DNA of 64,000 bases from an uncultured Coriobacteriaceae bacterium (lineage in GTDB: Bacteria; Actinomycetota; Coriobacteriia; Coriobacteriales; Eggerthellaceae), in contig CASFII010000008.1 in assembly GCA_949294735.1 (NCBI GenBank), positions 2,044 through 66,043 of the forward strand, written 5' to 3'. Each line of letters starts with the position of its first letter. The stretch's first letter is position 1. Both the position numbers and the translations under genes were made by a program. Below, piece after piece: positions 10,486 through 19,516 of the stretch. Under the pieces are notes generated by a model. That model ran no database searches. It saw only the letters and a program-made list of their open reading frames with translations, and had not been told where the DNA came from.

Positions 10486-12183
10486 ATGGTTTCCGCAACA
10501 TCATCCACCGCGGCGAAGCAGCCAAGCGCTTCGCCTCAAACCAAGGAAAAATTTCTTGTCATTCCTATCATTATCCTTATTCTTGCCCAGATGGGAGCAA
10601 CAGGAGACAGCGGCGCGCTTTCTCTTTCAGCAACGGCGCTTACTGAAAACCTAGGAGCAACCACTTCAGATATTCAGCTAGCAAACATGATCTATCCCCT
10701 GGTGGGAGGCGCATTTATGATTGCTGGCGGTTTAATGGGCACCATTCTGGGATGGAAAAGAACGTTCCGCATAGGAATTTTGCTCTGCGCCGCTGGCGAA
10801 GTTGTTCTTGCCTTTGCGCCTAACATGATGGTGTTTATTTGGGTCGGACGAGTGCTGGTAGGTTTTGGCGCTAGCTTCATGATTCCGTCCGTGCTCGGAT
10901 TAATCCCGCTGCTTTACCGGGGAGCAAACCGCATGGTTGCCTTTGGTTGCATAGGTGCAGCATCGGGACTTTCGGCACTTCTTCCTTTAGCGCTAGGTGT
11001 CATCCTGGAAGCTGCCGGTATGCAAACGACATTTTTAGTGCTGGCTGCTTATTTCTTAGCGGTCTTCGCTTTGTCTTTCCTTCTGCCAGGCATCCACCAA
11101 ACAGACGAAAAGCTCAAATTCGACACAGTTGGCGTTGCGCTGGCCGCTTCTGGCCTCTTCCTATTCTTAGTGGGTATCTCTAGCATTTCGTCGTGGGGCC
11201 TTATCGCCCCACTGGCAGGTTGCCCGTTCGAAATTTTTGGCATGTCCCCAGCACTTCCAGTTGCTTTTGTTGGTTTGATAGTACTGATAGCCCTAGTTCC
11301 TGTTGAAAGGCACATCGAACAGAAAAACGGCGTAGCGCTTCTGCCTCAGTCCTTCCTGAAAACTCCGCAGGTTCTTGCTGGTCTTGTTGCAAATGCGGTT
11401 ATGTTCTTCTTCATGGGAGCCCAGGCTATTTTGATGGCACCCTACTTGCAGTTGGTTTCCAATTGGACGCCTATCGACGTAGGAGTTATCTCCATCGTAA
11501 CCGGCGTTCCTACCTTCGCTTTGGCACTTGGTATCCCCAAGCTTCTTCCTAAGGCGAACCCCCGCCGCGTCATTCAGTTTGGATACCTTGCTATGGCGGC
11601 TGCGCTCATAATTATGGCCTCTTCCGTTACCACTGATGGCTCTAAATCCTTCGCCGTCTACCTTGGGGCGTTCATGGCTGGTGTTGGTGCCGGTGCCGTA
11701 TCTTCACACGCAAGCAACGTAGTTGCCTTGGCGCTTCCCGAACGCGACGCTTCGCAGTCGGGCGGTATCCAAAGCACCATGCGAAACGTTGGCCAAGCAA
11801 TTGGTGTAGCGCTGCTGGGCGCAGTGCTCCTGCTCGGTATAACCAATTCAGTCCATTCCCATGCATTGAATAGCCCCGACGTTTCTCCGCAAGTGGCTAA
11901 AGAAATTTCTGCACTCAACATTGACTTAGGAAGCGACATAATCTTCGAAGAACAGATTGCTCATATCTCTATGACTGATGATGAACGTGCAGCTCTGGTA
12001 AAAATTGAAGAGCAGGCGCGCTATAACTCAGTCCGTTTGGCATATGTTGCGGGCGCAATTATTGTATTGCTCGGTCTGGCAACCACCCCAGCAATTAAAA
12101 TACTCTCTAGCGAAGACAAGATGCGAAAAGAGGCGGAATCGCAAAGCAAAGCACTTCCGCAACATGAGGAAATCGAAAACTAA
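10486..12183 (+). CDS. MFS transporter, DHA2-like (14-TM drug:H+ antiporter type)
   Basis: 565 aa with many TM helices and a hydrophilic C-terminal tail. Same strand as, and 123 bp downstream of, the choloylglycine hydrolase gene. Confidence 0.8.
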   Translation: MVSATSSTAAKQPSASPQTKEKFLVIPIIILILAQMGATGDSGALSLSATALTENLGATTSDIQLANMIYPLVGGAFMIAGGLMGTILGWKRTFRIGILLCAAGEVVLAFAPNMMVFIWVGRVLVGFGASFMIPSVLGLIPLLYRGANRMVAFGCIGAASGLSALLPLALGVILEAAGMQTTFLVLAAYFLAVFALSFLLPGIHQTDEKLKFDTVGVALAASGLFLFLVGISSISSWGLIAPLAGCPFEIFGMSPALPVAFVGLIVLIALVPVERHIEQKNGVALLPQSFLKTPQVLAGLVANAVMFFFMGAQAILMAPYLQLVSNWTPIDVGVISIVTGVPTFALALGIPKLLPKANPRRVIQFGYLAMAAALIIMASSVTTDGSKSFAVYLGAFMAGVGAGAVSSHASNVVALALPERDASQSGGIQSTMRNVGQAIGVALLGAVLLLGITNSVHSHALNSPDVSPQVAKEISALNIDLGSDIIFEEQIAHISMTDDERAALVKIEEQARYNSVRLAYVAGAIIVLLGLATTPAIKILSSEDKMRKEAESQSKALPQHEEIEN

Positions 12184-12204
12184 CACAACGCGAAAGGAAG
12201 AACC

Positions 12205-12927
12205 ATGATAAACACGAAGGCATTTCATAGCTTAAGCTATGGACTCTATATTATTTCCACGCAGGCAGAAGGAAAGCGTGCTGGATGCGTGGTGAATACC
12301 TTTGCCCAGGTAACTTCTAAGCCCGCCCAGGTTAGTGTTGCTATCAACAAAGAAAATGTCACCACAGCGGTAGTGCTGGAAGCTGGGCGCTTCTGCGCTT
12401 CGGTGCTCGCTCAAGATGTACCTATGGAGCTCATTGGCACCTTTGGTTTTAAAACCAGCGCTGAAGTAGACAAGTTTGCTGCCTGCAAGTTTGCCACCGA
12501 CGAAGCAGGCATTCCTTACGTTGCAGAACACACCGTAGCTCGTTTTTCGGTGCGCGTAAAAGAACATCTTGACCTTGGCACGCACATTCTGTTCATTGGC
12601 GAAGTGGAAGAAGCAGAAGTCATGGAAAGCGGCAAAGGCTGCACGGATCCCATGACCTATGCATACTATCACCAGGTCAAAGGCGGTAAAACTCCGCCAA
12701 AGGCTTCCAGCTATATCGCGGAGGAATCAGGCCAAGAGGCGGCAGGAGCGACAGCAGCAGACGCTAACGCTCCGACCGTAAATTCCGAAGGCAACCCAAA
12801 CCCTGCTGGACAAACAGCTTGGCGTTGCACTATTTGTGGTCACATTGAATATGCCGACGAACTACCTGATGATTTCACCTGTCCTATTTGCGGTAAAGGA
12901 AAAGAGTTCTTCGAAAAGATTGCTTAA
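12205..12927 (+). CDS. flavin-reductase-like domain fused to a C-terminal rubredoxin (high-molecular-weight rubredoxin type)
   Basis: N-terminal FMN-binding split-barrel pattern (LSYGLYIIST..GCVVNTF). C-terminal WRCTICGH...CPICG rubredoxin knuckles. Starts 21 bp after the MFS gene. Confidence 0.8.
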   Translation: MINTKAFHSLSYGLYIISTQAEGKRAGCVVNTFAQVTSKPAQVSVAINKENVTTAVVLEAGRFCASVLAQDVPMELIGTFGFKTSAEVDKFAACKFATDEAGIPYVAEHTVARFSVRVKEHLDLGTHILFIGEVEEAEVMESGKGCTDPMTYAYYHQVKGGKTPPKASSYIAEESGQEAAGATAADANAPTVNSEGNPNPAGQTAWRCTICGHIEYADELPDDFTCPICGKGKEFFEKIA

Positions 12928-13040
12928 AGCTAATTACAGATTAGTAAATAATACATTGGTTAACCCCAGGGTTACCTCTCTTTAAGGCATAATAATCTCA
13001 ACAAAGTAGATAAGTACCAAAAAATTGCGGAGGAAACCAT

Positions 13041-14165
13041 ATGGGTAGATCGTTTGGTGGTGGCGGCTTCGGCGGAGGCGGCGGTTTTTCGGGCGGCTTC
13101 GGCGGAGGCGGTAGCTTTGGCGGCGGGCGATCTTTCGGCGGAAGCAGCGGCGGAGGCGGTAACTTCTGGGGTGGCTTCCTTATTGGTAGGCTTATGAACG
13201 GCGGCGGTGGTTCCCATTACAGCCCCGAACCTGACAATAACCCTCACCATTCAGGTAACGGTAGCGGTAACAAAGGTTGTTTTACTGCTGCAGTTACCAT
13301 CATCTTTATCATGCTGGCCGTTATGCTGGTGTTTGCCCTTATGGGCGGCGGTGGCGGTTCAGTTTCCGCATCAACCATTGAACGAGAGCCTCTACCCGCT
13401 TCGGCCACAACTGAAACAGAATATTACGCCGACACCGATGGCGGCTGGATCAATAACGCATCCGAACTTGAATCCGGCATGCGCTACTTCTACGAAAAAA
13501 CAGGCGTTCAGCCTTACCTGCTTATTCTGCCGAATGGATATACCACTTCATCCAGCGACCTGACAGAACTGTCCGAAGCTTTATACAAAGAACTCTTTAA
13601 TGACAACGGCCATTTCCTGCTGGCATTTTGTGATGACAACAACGGCCGTGTAACCTACGGCTATTACATGGGCGCCCAGGCGCGTTCGGTAATGGATGAA
13701 GAGGCGGTCAACATCCTAATTGAATACCTGCAGATTAACTACTACGACACGTCTATTTCGGAAGAGGAAATTTTCTCGAAGACATTTGCCGAAACAGCAG
13801 ACCGAATTATGGAAGTTACTCCTTCCCCTGTAATTCCTGTGGCCATTTGCATAGCTGTGGCCGTAATCGCGCTGGTAATCTTCTCTATTGTGCGTTCACG
13901 CATGAAGGCAAAGAAAGAAGAAGCCGACCGCATGCAAGAGATCTTAAACACGCCGCTTGAAAAGTTTGGCGACAAAGACGTCGAAGAACTAGCTGAAAAG
14001 TACGAAGAGGCTGATGAAACCGAACTGAAGCTACCCGAAGGCGAACTTGAAAAGTTCGGTGACAAAGATTTAGACGCTTTAGAAGAAAAATACGCAGAAG
14101 CTGAAGATAAGAAGGATACGAAGAAAACAAGCACCACAAAAGCAAAGAGCAAAAAGAAAGATTAG
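13041..14165 (+). CDS. Gly-rich bitopic membrane protein with TPM-like central domain and acidic repeat tail
   Basis: N-terminal (GGGF/GGGS)n, TM1, a ~170-aa domain resembling TPM (YFYEKTGVQPYLLILPN), TM2, then a duplicated LEKFGDKD(V/L)..L(A/E)EKY(E/A)EA repeat. Confidence 0.5.
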   Translation: MGRSFGGGGFGGGGGFSGGFGGGGSFGGGRSFGGSSGGGGNFWGGFLIGRLMNGGGGSHYSPEPDNNPHHSGNGSGNKGCFTAAVTIIFIMLAVMLVFALMGGGGGSVSASTIEREPLPASATTETEYYADTDGGWINNASELESGMRYFYEKTGVQPYLLILPNGYTTSSSDLTELSEALYKELFNDNGHFLLAFCDDNNGRVTYGYYMGAQARSVMDEEAVNILIEYLQINYYDTSISEEEIFSKTFAETADRIMEVTPSPVIPVAICIAVAVIALVIFSIVRSRMKAKKEEADRMQEILNTPLEKFGDKDVEELAEKYEEADETELKLPEGELEKFGDKDLDALEEKYAEAEDKKDTKKTSTTKAKSKKKD

Positions 14166-14187
14166 TCCCTAACGAAAGGAAGAAAAC

Positions 14188-14868
14188 ATGGGCATTCTGG
14201 ACAGATTCTCCGAAATTCTGAAGGCAAACATCAACGATTTGCTGGACAAAGCTGAAGATCCAGCCAAGATGATTGACCAGTACATGCGCGAACTTACCGA
14301 AAGCCTGGCCGAAGTAAAGCAGGAAACTGCAGGTGTTATGGCCGAAGAAACGCGCACGAAGCGCCTGGTTGACGCCAACAACGAAGAAATTGAAAAGTAC
14401 GAAGGTCTTGCACGCAAGGCTCTTTCCGCTGGCAACGAAGGCGACGCTCGTACGTTCCTAGCAAAGAAGCAGCAGCTTGAAGCACAGGGCTCCAGCCTGG
14501 AAGAAGCCTACAAGGCAGCTCACGAAAACGCTTCCAAGATGCGCGAAATGCATGACAAGCTGGTAAGCGACATTGAAACCCTGAATGGTCGTCGCGAATC
14601 CATCAAGGCCAAGGTTGCCGTTGCCAAAACGCAGGCTAAGGTAAACGAAGTTGCTTCTGCATCCGACAAGGCTGAAGGCGCTATGAACGCCTTTACTCGC
14701 ATGGAAGCCAAAGCTGACCAGATGCTTGACCATGCAAACGCTATGTCTGAACTGAACGCACAGCCAGCAGATTCTGCTGCTGATTTGGAAAAGAAGTATG
14801 CCGAAGCTGGCAACACCGAATCAGTTGACGCCGAACTGGCTAAGATGAAAGCTGAAATGGGTCTGTAA
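14188..14868 (+). CDS. pspA: PspA/IM30 family membrane-stress protein
   Basis: Canonical N-terminus MGILDRFSEILKANINDLLDKAEDPAKMIDQYMRE and coiled-coil composition. Confidence 0.85.
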   Translation: MGILDRFSEILKANINDLLDKAEDPAKMIDQYMRELTESLAEVKQETAGVMAEETRTKRLVDANNEEIEKYEGLARKALSAGNEGDARTFLAKKQQLEAQGSSLEEAYKAAHENASKMREMHDKLVSDIETLNGRRESIKAKVAVAKTQAKVNEVASASDKAEGAMNAFTRMEAKADQMLDHANAMSELNAQPADSAADLEKKYAEAGNTESVDAELAKMKAEMGL

Positions 14869-14941
14869 GTTTTGACTCTGCGGTATGGTGATACGGTTTT
14901 GGGAAAGCCCATGGTCACATACTAAAACAATCGAAGCAGCA

Positions 14942-14974
14942 AGAGGGGGCACCAGGTGCCCCCTCTCTTTTGTC
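14942..14974 (+). terminator. rho-independent terminator after pspA
   Basis: GAGGGGGCAC-N4-GTGCCCCCTC followed by TCTTTTG. A second small hairpin, CTTAGAG-N5-CTCTAAG, lies at 14974-14992. Confidence 0.7.
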
Positions 14975-15058
14975 TTAGAGCCCCTCTCTAAGACTTGAAA
15001 ACCTCTAAACGAAGTCTTGTTTATCCGCTAGTTCAACTCTGGTGAAAACAGTCAAACC

Positions 15059-16051
15059 TTAATGACCCCAGCCTGCGTGAGCTGCATCGGATTGATAATC
15101 TTCGCCCAGCAAATCTTTCTTCAAGCTCGCAGCAAGCTCATCAATATCCCACAGCTTGCCACTTTCGCTTTGAATCTGGCCAACAACCTTCGGGTTCGAA
15201 TACAAGCTCACCTTGCCAGCAGCTGTTGCGGCAAACACACTACCGCTGATGAAGCCAGCATCTTCAGTGCACAAGTAAGCTACAAAGGGTCCTAAGCCTA
15301 CCGGATCACCATGGTCGGCTTCCACCATTGCTAAAATACGCGGGTCGGGGGCCTGTCCCGTTGCGGCTTCTACGTTGCGCACCATCTTCTTGTATTCCAC
15401 CGCATGCGCCGGAGAAGCGCCCTGCGGGCAAAGTACGTTTACCGTAATGCCATGCCTGTACACTTCTTTTGCGGCTGCCCATGAAAGACCTACCATACCA
15501 GCCGTCGAGCAGCTGTAGGCATCGTTATCAGGCAATCCAACCCAAGCATCGGAAGCAATGTTAATGATACGTCCGAAGCCTTGCTCAATCATGTGCGGCA
15601 CTGCAAAGTGCATCAGCGCGAACGCACCTTTGTTGCGGCTTACCGTCAGGTTGTCCCATTCTTCTTCGGTTAGCGCTGTAATACCGCCCATGCCCATGCC
15701 AGCGGCGCTGTTGACAATAATGTCAATGCGACCCCAGGTATCAATGGCAGTCTGCACCATCTTTTCGGCAGTTTCCCAGTTGGATACATCGCCGTAGAAC
15801 GGAAGCGCTTCGCCGCCTTCTTCTTTGATGATATTCGCCGTCTTTTCTGCGTCACCCTTCAGGCGAATGAATTCATTCCAATCTTCTTCAGGCATGTCTT
15901 CCTTGTGGTAGTTCTGCGCACTCATACCATTTGGTTTACGGTTGTTGGTGATAACCTTGGCACCCTGACGCGCCAGATAAATAGCAATGCCACTACCAAT
16001 TCCTTGACCAGAACCCGTAACGATTGCAACTTTGCCGTCTAAAACACCCAT
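15059..16051 (-). CDS. SDR-family oxidoreductase with ~80-aa C-terminal extension
   Basis: TGSGQGIG cofactor motif and YSCSTAG..K catalytic region. 31 bp downstream of the flavoenzyme gene, so probably co-transcribed. Confidence 0.8.
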   Translation of the reverse strand: MGVLDGKVAIVTGSGQGIGSGIAIYLARQGAKVITNNRKPNGMSAQNYHKEDMPEEDWNEFIRLKGDAEKTANIIKEEGGEALPFYGDVSNWETAEKMVQTAIDTWGRIDIIVNSAAGMGMGGITALTEEEWDNLTVSRNKGAFALMHFAVPHMIEQGFGRIINIASDAWVGLPDNDAYSCSTAGMVGLSWAAAKEVYRHGITVNVLCPQGASPAHAVEYKKMVRNVEAATGQAPDPRILAMVEADHGDPVGLGPFVAYLCTEDAGFISGSVFAATAAGKVSLYSNPKVVGQIQSESGKLWDIDELAASLKKDLLGEDYQSDAAHAGWGH

Positions 16052-16082
16052 GACACATCCTTTCTACGTTAGATTTTCTACA

Positions 16083-18089
16083 CTAGATGTTGTTCGCAAT
16101 ACCCCATGCGTCTTCAATTGCATGGTGGATTACACGCTTGTTGGTGCAACGAGACCTAATGGTGGCGTCACCAACCAAATAGGTTTCAGGAATAGCTTCG
16201 CGAATTTCTTCCCACATCTTGGGACGACCGTGATAACCGCGGCACATAAGAATGTGGTCACATACCACTTCTTCTTCGGCTTTCGACTTATTGTCGCGCA
16301 AAGAAGCGCCCTTTTCCGTAAGCTCAACGAAGGTGTGGTTCAGTTTCAGGCGAAGCTGACCAGTCTTCATATAGTCGCCTAACAAAATTGAAAGACGTTG
16401 CTGCTGCGGTGAAGAGTTATCGTCACCCAATTCCATCAAGCCCATACGAGCACCGCGACGTGAGCTCACAATGACGTTCTTGCCACGACGAAGTAAACTC
16501 AGTGCCATTTCAAGATTCATAAAGCAACCGCCTACGATCATGACGGTGTCGCCAACATCAATGGCGTCAATGTCAGTTGCGTATTCAGAAAGAACGGTCA
16601 CCTTAGATCCGTACTGATCTTCGCCCTTGCACTTCGCGGGCAAAGCGTTTGCTCCCGTTGCCACGATAACGGCGTCGTATCCTACATCAATCATCTTCTG
16701 CGCTGTAGCTTCTTCTTCAATAACGTTGACGCCCAGCTTGTCCATCTGAACAGCGTAATAATCAATAAGACGTTTGATGTCGTGCTTTAAGGCTAAGTCG
16801 AACGCAGCCTCGTTCATGGTACCGCCAAGCTTGCACTTTTCATACAGATCAACTTCATGACCGCGAACGCGCAGAAGACGTGCCGCTTCCATGCCTGCAG
16901 GACCGCCACCTACAATACCGACCTTCTTTACGCGGGTGATTGGATTAATGTCGCGAATACCCGCCATGTTGCAGCGCGGGTTCACCGAACAACGCAGACC
17001 AACAGCAGCGTTGAACGTTTCCATGGTGCCTACGCAGCCACGGGTGCAACGAATGCACGGCGTAATGTCTTCCGGCCTGCCTTCGGCCAGTTTAACTGCC
17101 CACATCGGGTCAGCAATAATGGGACGCCCCAAACCAATGTAGTCGCAAACACCATCTTCCAGTGCCTTTTCAGCGAAGTCTGGCGTGGTGAAACCGCCGT
17201 CAAGGATAATCGGCAGCTTAATTCCTGCTTCCTTGAACCCTTGGGCAATCTCAATAAAGTCACCGCGACGATCATACTGGGCGTTGATGCAGCGAACGTT
17301 GCGATAGTCGCCGCCCACAATGTGGAAGCATACCACGCCCGTCTTTTCCAGAATCTTTGCCTGGGCAATGCCCTCTTCTTTTGTTAGGCCGTCTTCGCTG
17401 TATTCGTTGCCAGCCAAACGTGCAATAATCGGGAAGTCTTTACCGCATTCCTTCTGCACTTCTTCAATTATTTCCTTGTAGAAGCGCACACGGTTTTCAG
17501 GGCTGCCACCATATTCGTCGGTGCGGTGGTTGTAGAACGGCGAGCAGAACATAGCAATCAGGTGGCAAATGGAGCCGTGGATTTCTACGCCATCGAAGCC
17601 CGCCATTTTGGCGCGCCAAGCAGCCTTCGCAAAGTCTTTTTCGCATTGCTTGATTTCGGCCTTAGACATGCCGCGGATAGGAAACGGCATAACGCCGCCC
17701 ATGATTTCGTTCATAGTGGAAGGACCCCACGAAGGACGGTCCATCAGAGTAATCTGTTTGCCCATGTGATTGAGCTGCAGAATAGCCTTGACGCCGTAGT
17801 CTTTGATAGCTGACGCAAGGCGAGCCATGCCCGTAATCTGTTCGTTGCGCGTAAGCGTTTGGCTGTTTTCTTCGCCCTTGCTGGCAACTTCATCGATAAA
17901 CGTGCATTCGACAACAATGAGGCTCATGCGCCCTTTTGCTTGTTCGGTATAGAATTTCAGCGTTCGATCGGTTATAAAACCATCTTTATCAGCATTGAGC
18001 GTACCCATCGGCGCCATAACGATGCGATTGGGCAAATCCCATGGTCCAAGACGGCTAGGCTCAAGAAGCTTAGGAAACGCGTTAGTCAT
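16083..18089 (-). CDS. NADH:flavin oxidoreductase, enoate reductase / 2,4-dienoyl-CoA reductase / BaiCD-BaiH family
   Basis: 668 aa. N-terminal OYE-like barrel, Cys cluster CIRCTRGC...C.....C, and C-terminal VGIVGGGPAGMEAA dinucleotide fold. Confidence 0.85.
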   Translation of the reverse strand: MTNAFPKLLEPSRLGPWDLPNRIVMAPMGTLNADKDGFITDRTLKFYTEQAKGRMSLIVVECTFIDEVASKGEENSQTLTRNEQITGMARLASAIKDYGVKAILQLNHMGKQITLMDRPSWGPSTMNEIMGGVMPFPIRGMSKAEIKQCEKDFAKAAWRAKMAGFDGVEIHGSICHLIAMFCSPFYNHRTDEYGGSPENRVRFYKEIIEEVQKECGKDFPIIARLAGNEYSEDGLTKEEGIAQAKILEKTGVVCFHIVGGDYRNVRCINAQYDRRGDFIEIAQGFKEAGIKLPIILDGGFTTPDFAEKALEDGVCDYIGLGRPIIADPMWAVKLAEGRPEDITPCIRCTRGCVGTMETFNAAVGLRCSVNPRCNMAGIRDINPITRVKKVGIVGGGPAGMEAARLLRVRGHEVDLYEKCKLGGTMNEAAFDLALKHDIKRLIDYYAVQMDKLGVNVIEEEATAQKMIDVGYDAVIVATGANALPAKCKGEDQYGSKVTVLSEYATDIDAIDVGDTVMIVGGCFMNLEMALSLLRRGKNVIVSSRRGARMGLMELGDDNSSPQQQRLSILLGDYMKTGQLRLKLNHTFVELTEKGASLRDNKSKAEEEVVCDHILMCRGYHGRPKMWEEIREAIPETYLVGDATIRSRCTNKRVIHHAIEDAWGIANNI

Positions 18090-18167
18090 GAAAACCTTCT
18101 CCTAACCTCATCCTCCTCTCCATCTACGTATGTTCATTACACAGAGATTTCTTGCTATTGTCAATAT

Positions 18168-18196
18168 ATTTCCATTATTTATAACTAAATGGAAAT
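18168..18196. promoter_or_regulatory. inverted repeat ATTTCCAT-N13-ATGGAAAT upstream of the flavoenzyme operon (candidate operator)
   Basis: Read directly, about 80 nt upstream of the start codon at 18089. A similar TTTCCA-N16-TGGAAA repeat lies at 19371-19398. Confidence 0.4.
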
Positions 18197-18312
18197 TATT
18201 TCATCATTAGTGGAAAGCGCTTTATGAAGCGAAAACAAAAGAGCACGCCCTGAAGGACGTACTCATTTGTAAAAAAGGTCTTCAAATTAAGCGCTTAAGG
18301 CACCTTCGGTCC

Positions 18313-19335
18313 CTAATATTCTTCGCGGCGCTTTTCTGATTCAGGAAGCTGGTCATATTTGTCTACCAAGGCTTGAATTTCCTCAAGCAAAGCACGCTTT
18401 GCACGGAACCCCATTTCGCCCAAATCAGAAAACGGGATGCTCATCAGTTTGAGTGCAAATGCACTGTCCCAAGAAAGCGTTTCGAAAAAGGTATTCAGTT
18501 GGCGCGTTGTGCCAATTTGGTCATGCTGCGAAAGCTCTTCAAGCTCTTCAGAAATGCGCCCCACAATACGCGGAGTTGTGAGAGAAAGCGGTTCCTGCCT
18601 GGTTATAAATTCTTCCGAGGAAAGCAGATGACTGAAGCCCGTCAAAGAATGAATGTTGAATTGATCCATATAGGATGAAGTGCAGCGCAATACCGTTTTT
18701 GCCTGTTCAGGTGGCATTTTCCCCACCATGTCGGGGTAATTCAAAAGACGAAACATATTAAACACTAGGTCATGAAGAGCCGAATACGAAAGAATGGGCG
18801 TTTCGCTCTTGAAGGCGCGCACAACATCGTTTTCCGCAACTTCCACGCGAACCACAAAGCGGGGCGTGCCCTCATAGTCAATGCAAGCAACTTCGTTGGC
18901 GGGAAACGCTGCGGTCAGTTCAGAATCAATGTTGCTGTTGGTCAAGCGCACCAAATCTTTCAGGCTTGTTTTAACTTCAGTCAGATTCCTATTGATATCT
19001 TCAGCCATACTTGAAGGCACCGCAACCTTGCGTTCCACAATGTCAAACTGCAAAAGCCATACCTGATTTACCAGACGCTGCGGATCCAAAAAGGAATGAA
19101 GCACCTTCATGGCAGCCGGCAAAACGCCCTCAAAAAAGTCTTCTTCACCAGAAAGGATGGTCAGCATATGCGCAAGCACATCTTTTTGAATAGACTTCAC
19201 TTCCCCATTTTCCAGCTTGGAAACATACGAGGGGCTTTTACCCAGCTGCTCAGCAACTGTTTTCGCAGGTAGAGGGCACTGTGCGCTCATGGTTTTCAGT
19301 AAGAGAGCCAGTTCGGGCGTAACGGAGAACTTCAT
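18313..19335 (-). CDS. XRE-family HTH regulator with large uncharacterised C-terminal domain
   Basis: N-terminal AKTVAEQLGKSPSYVSKLENGEVKSIQKDVL (HTH_3-like). I did not recognise the remaining ~270 aa. Confidence 0.65.
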   Translation of the reverse strand: MKFSVTPELALLLKTMSAQCPLPAKTVAEQLGKSPSYVSKLENGEVKSIQKDVLAHMLTILSGEEDFFEGVLPAAMKVLHSFLDPQRLVNQVWLLQFDIVERKVAVPSSMAEDINRNLTEVKTSLKDLVRLTNSNIDSELTAAFPANEVACIDYEGTPRFVVRVEVAENDVVRAFKSETPILSYSALHDLVFNMFRLLNYPDMVGKMPPEQAKTVLRCTSSYMDQFNIHSLTGFSHLLSSEEFITRQEPLSLTTPRIVGRISEELEELSQHDQIGTTRQLNTFFETLSWDSAFALKLMSIPFSDLGEMGFRAKRALLEEIQALVDKYDQLPESEKRREEY

Positions 19336-19370
19336 GTGATTCCCTCCAAGGAATATAAAAATTCAATTAT

Positions 19371-19398
19371 TTTCCATTTTACCATTGTTGCTTGGAAA
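19371..19398. promoter_or_regulatory. inverted repeat TTTCCA-N16-TGGAAA in the XRE / PheRS-like divergent intergenic region
   Basis: Read directly. Same half-sites as the repeat at 18168-18196, with nearly the same spacing. Confidence 0.4.
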
Positions 19399-19516
19399 TC
19401 CATCCCATATACTAGTCGTATATGTGTGCAGGGAACAGTATCACCCTACTCTCCATCTACGTAATGCCAATTTCCTGCACTGTTTGAAAACCACACGGCA
19501 TAGGGGTGATTTTTTC

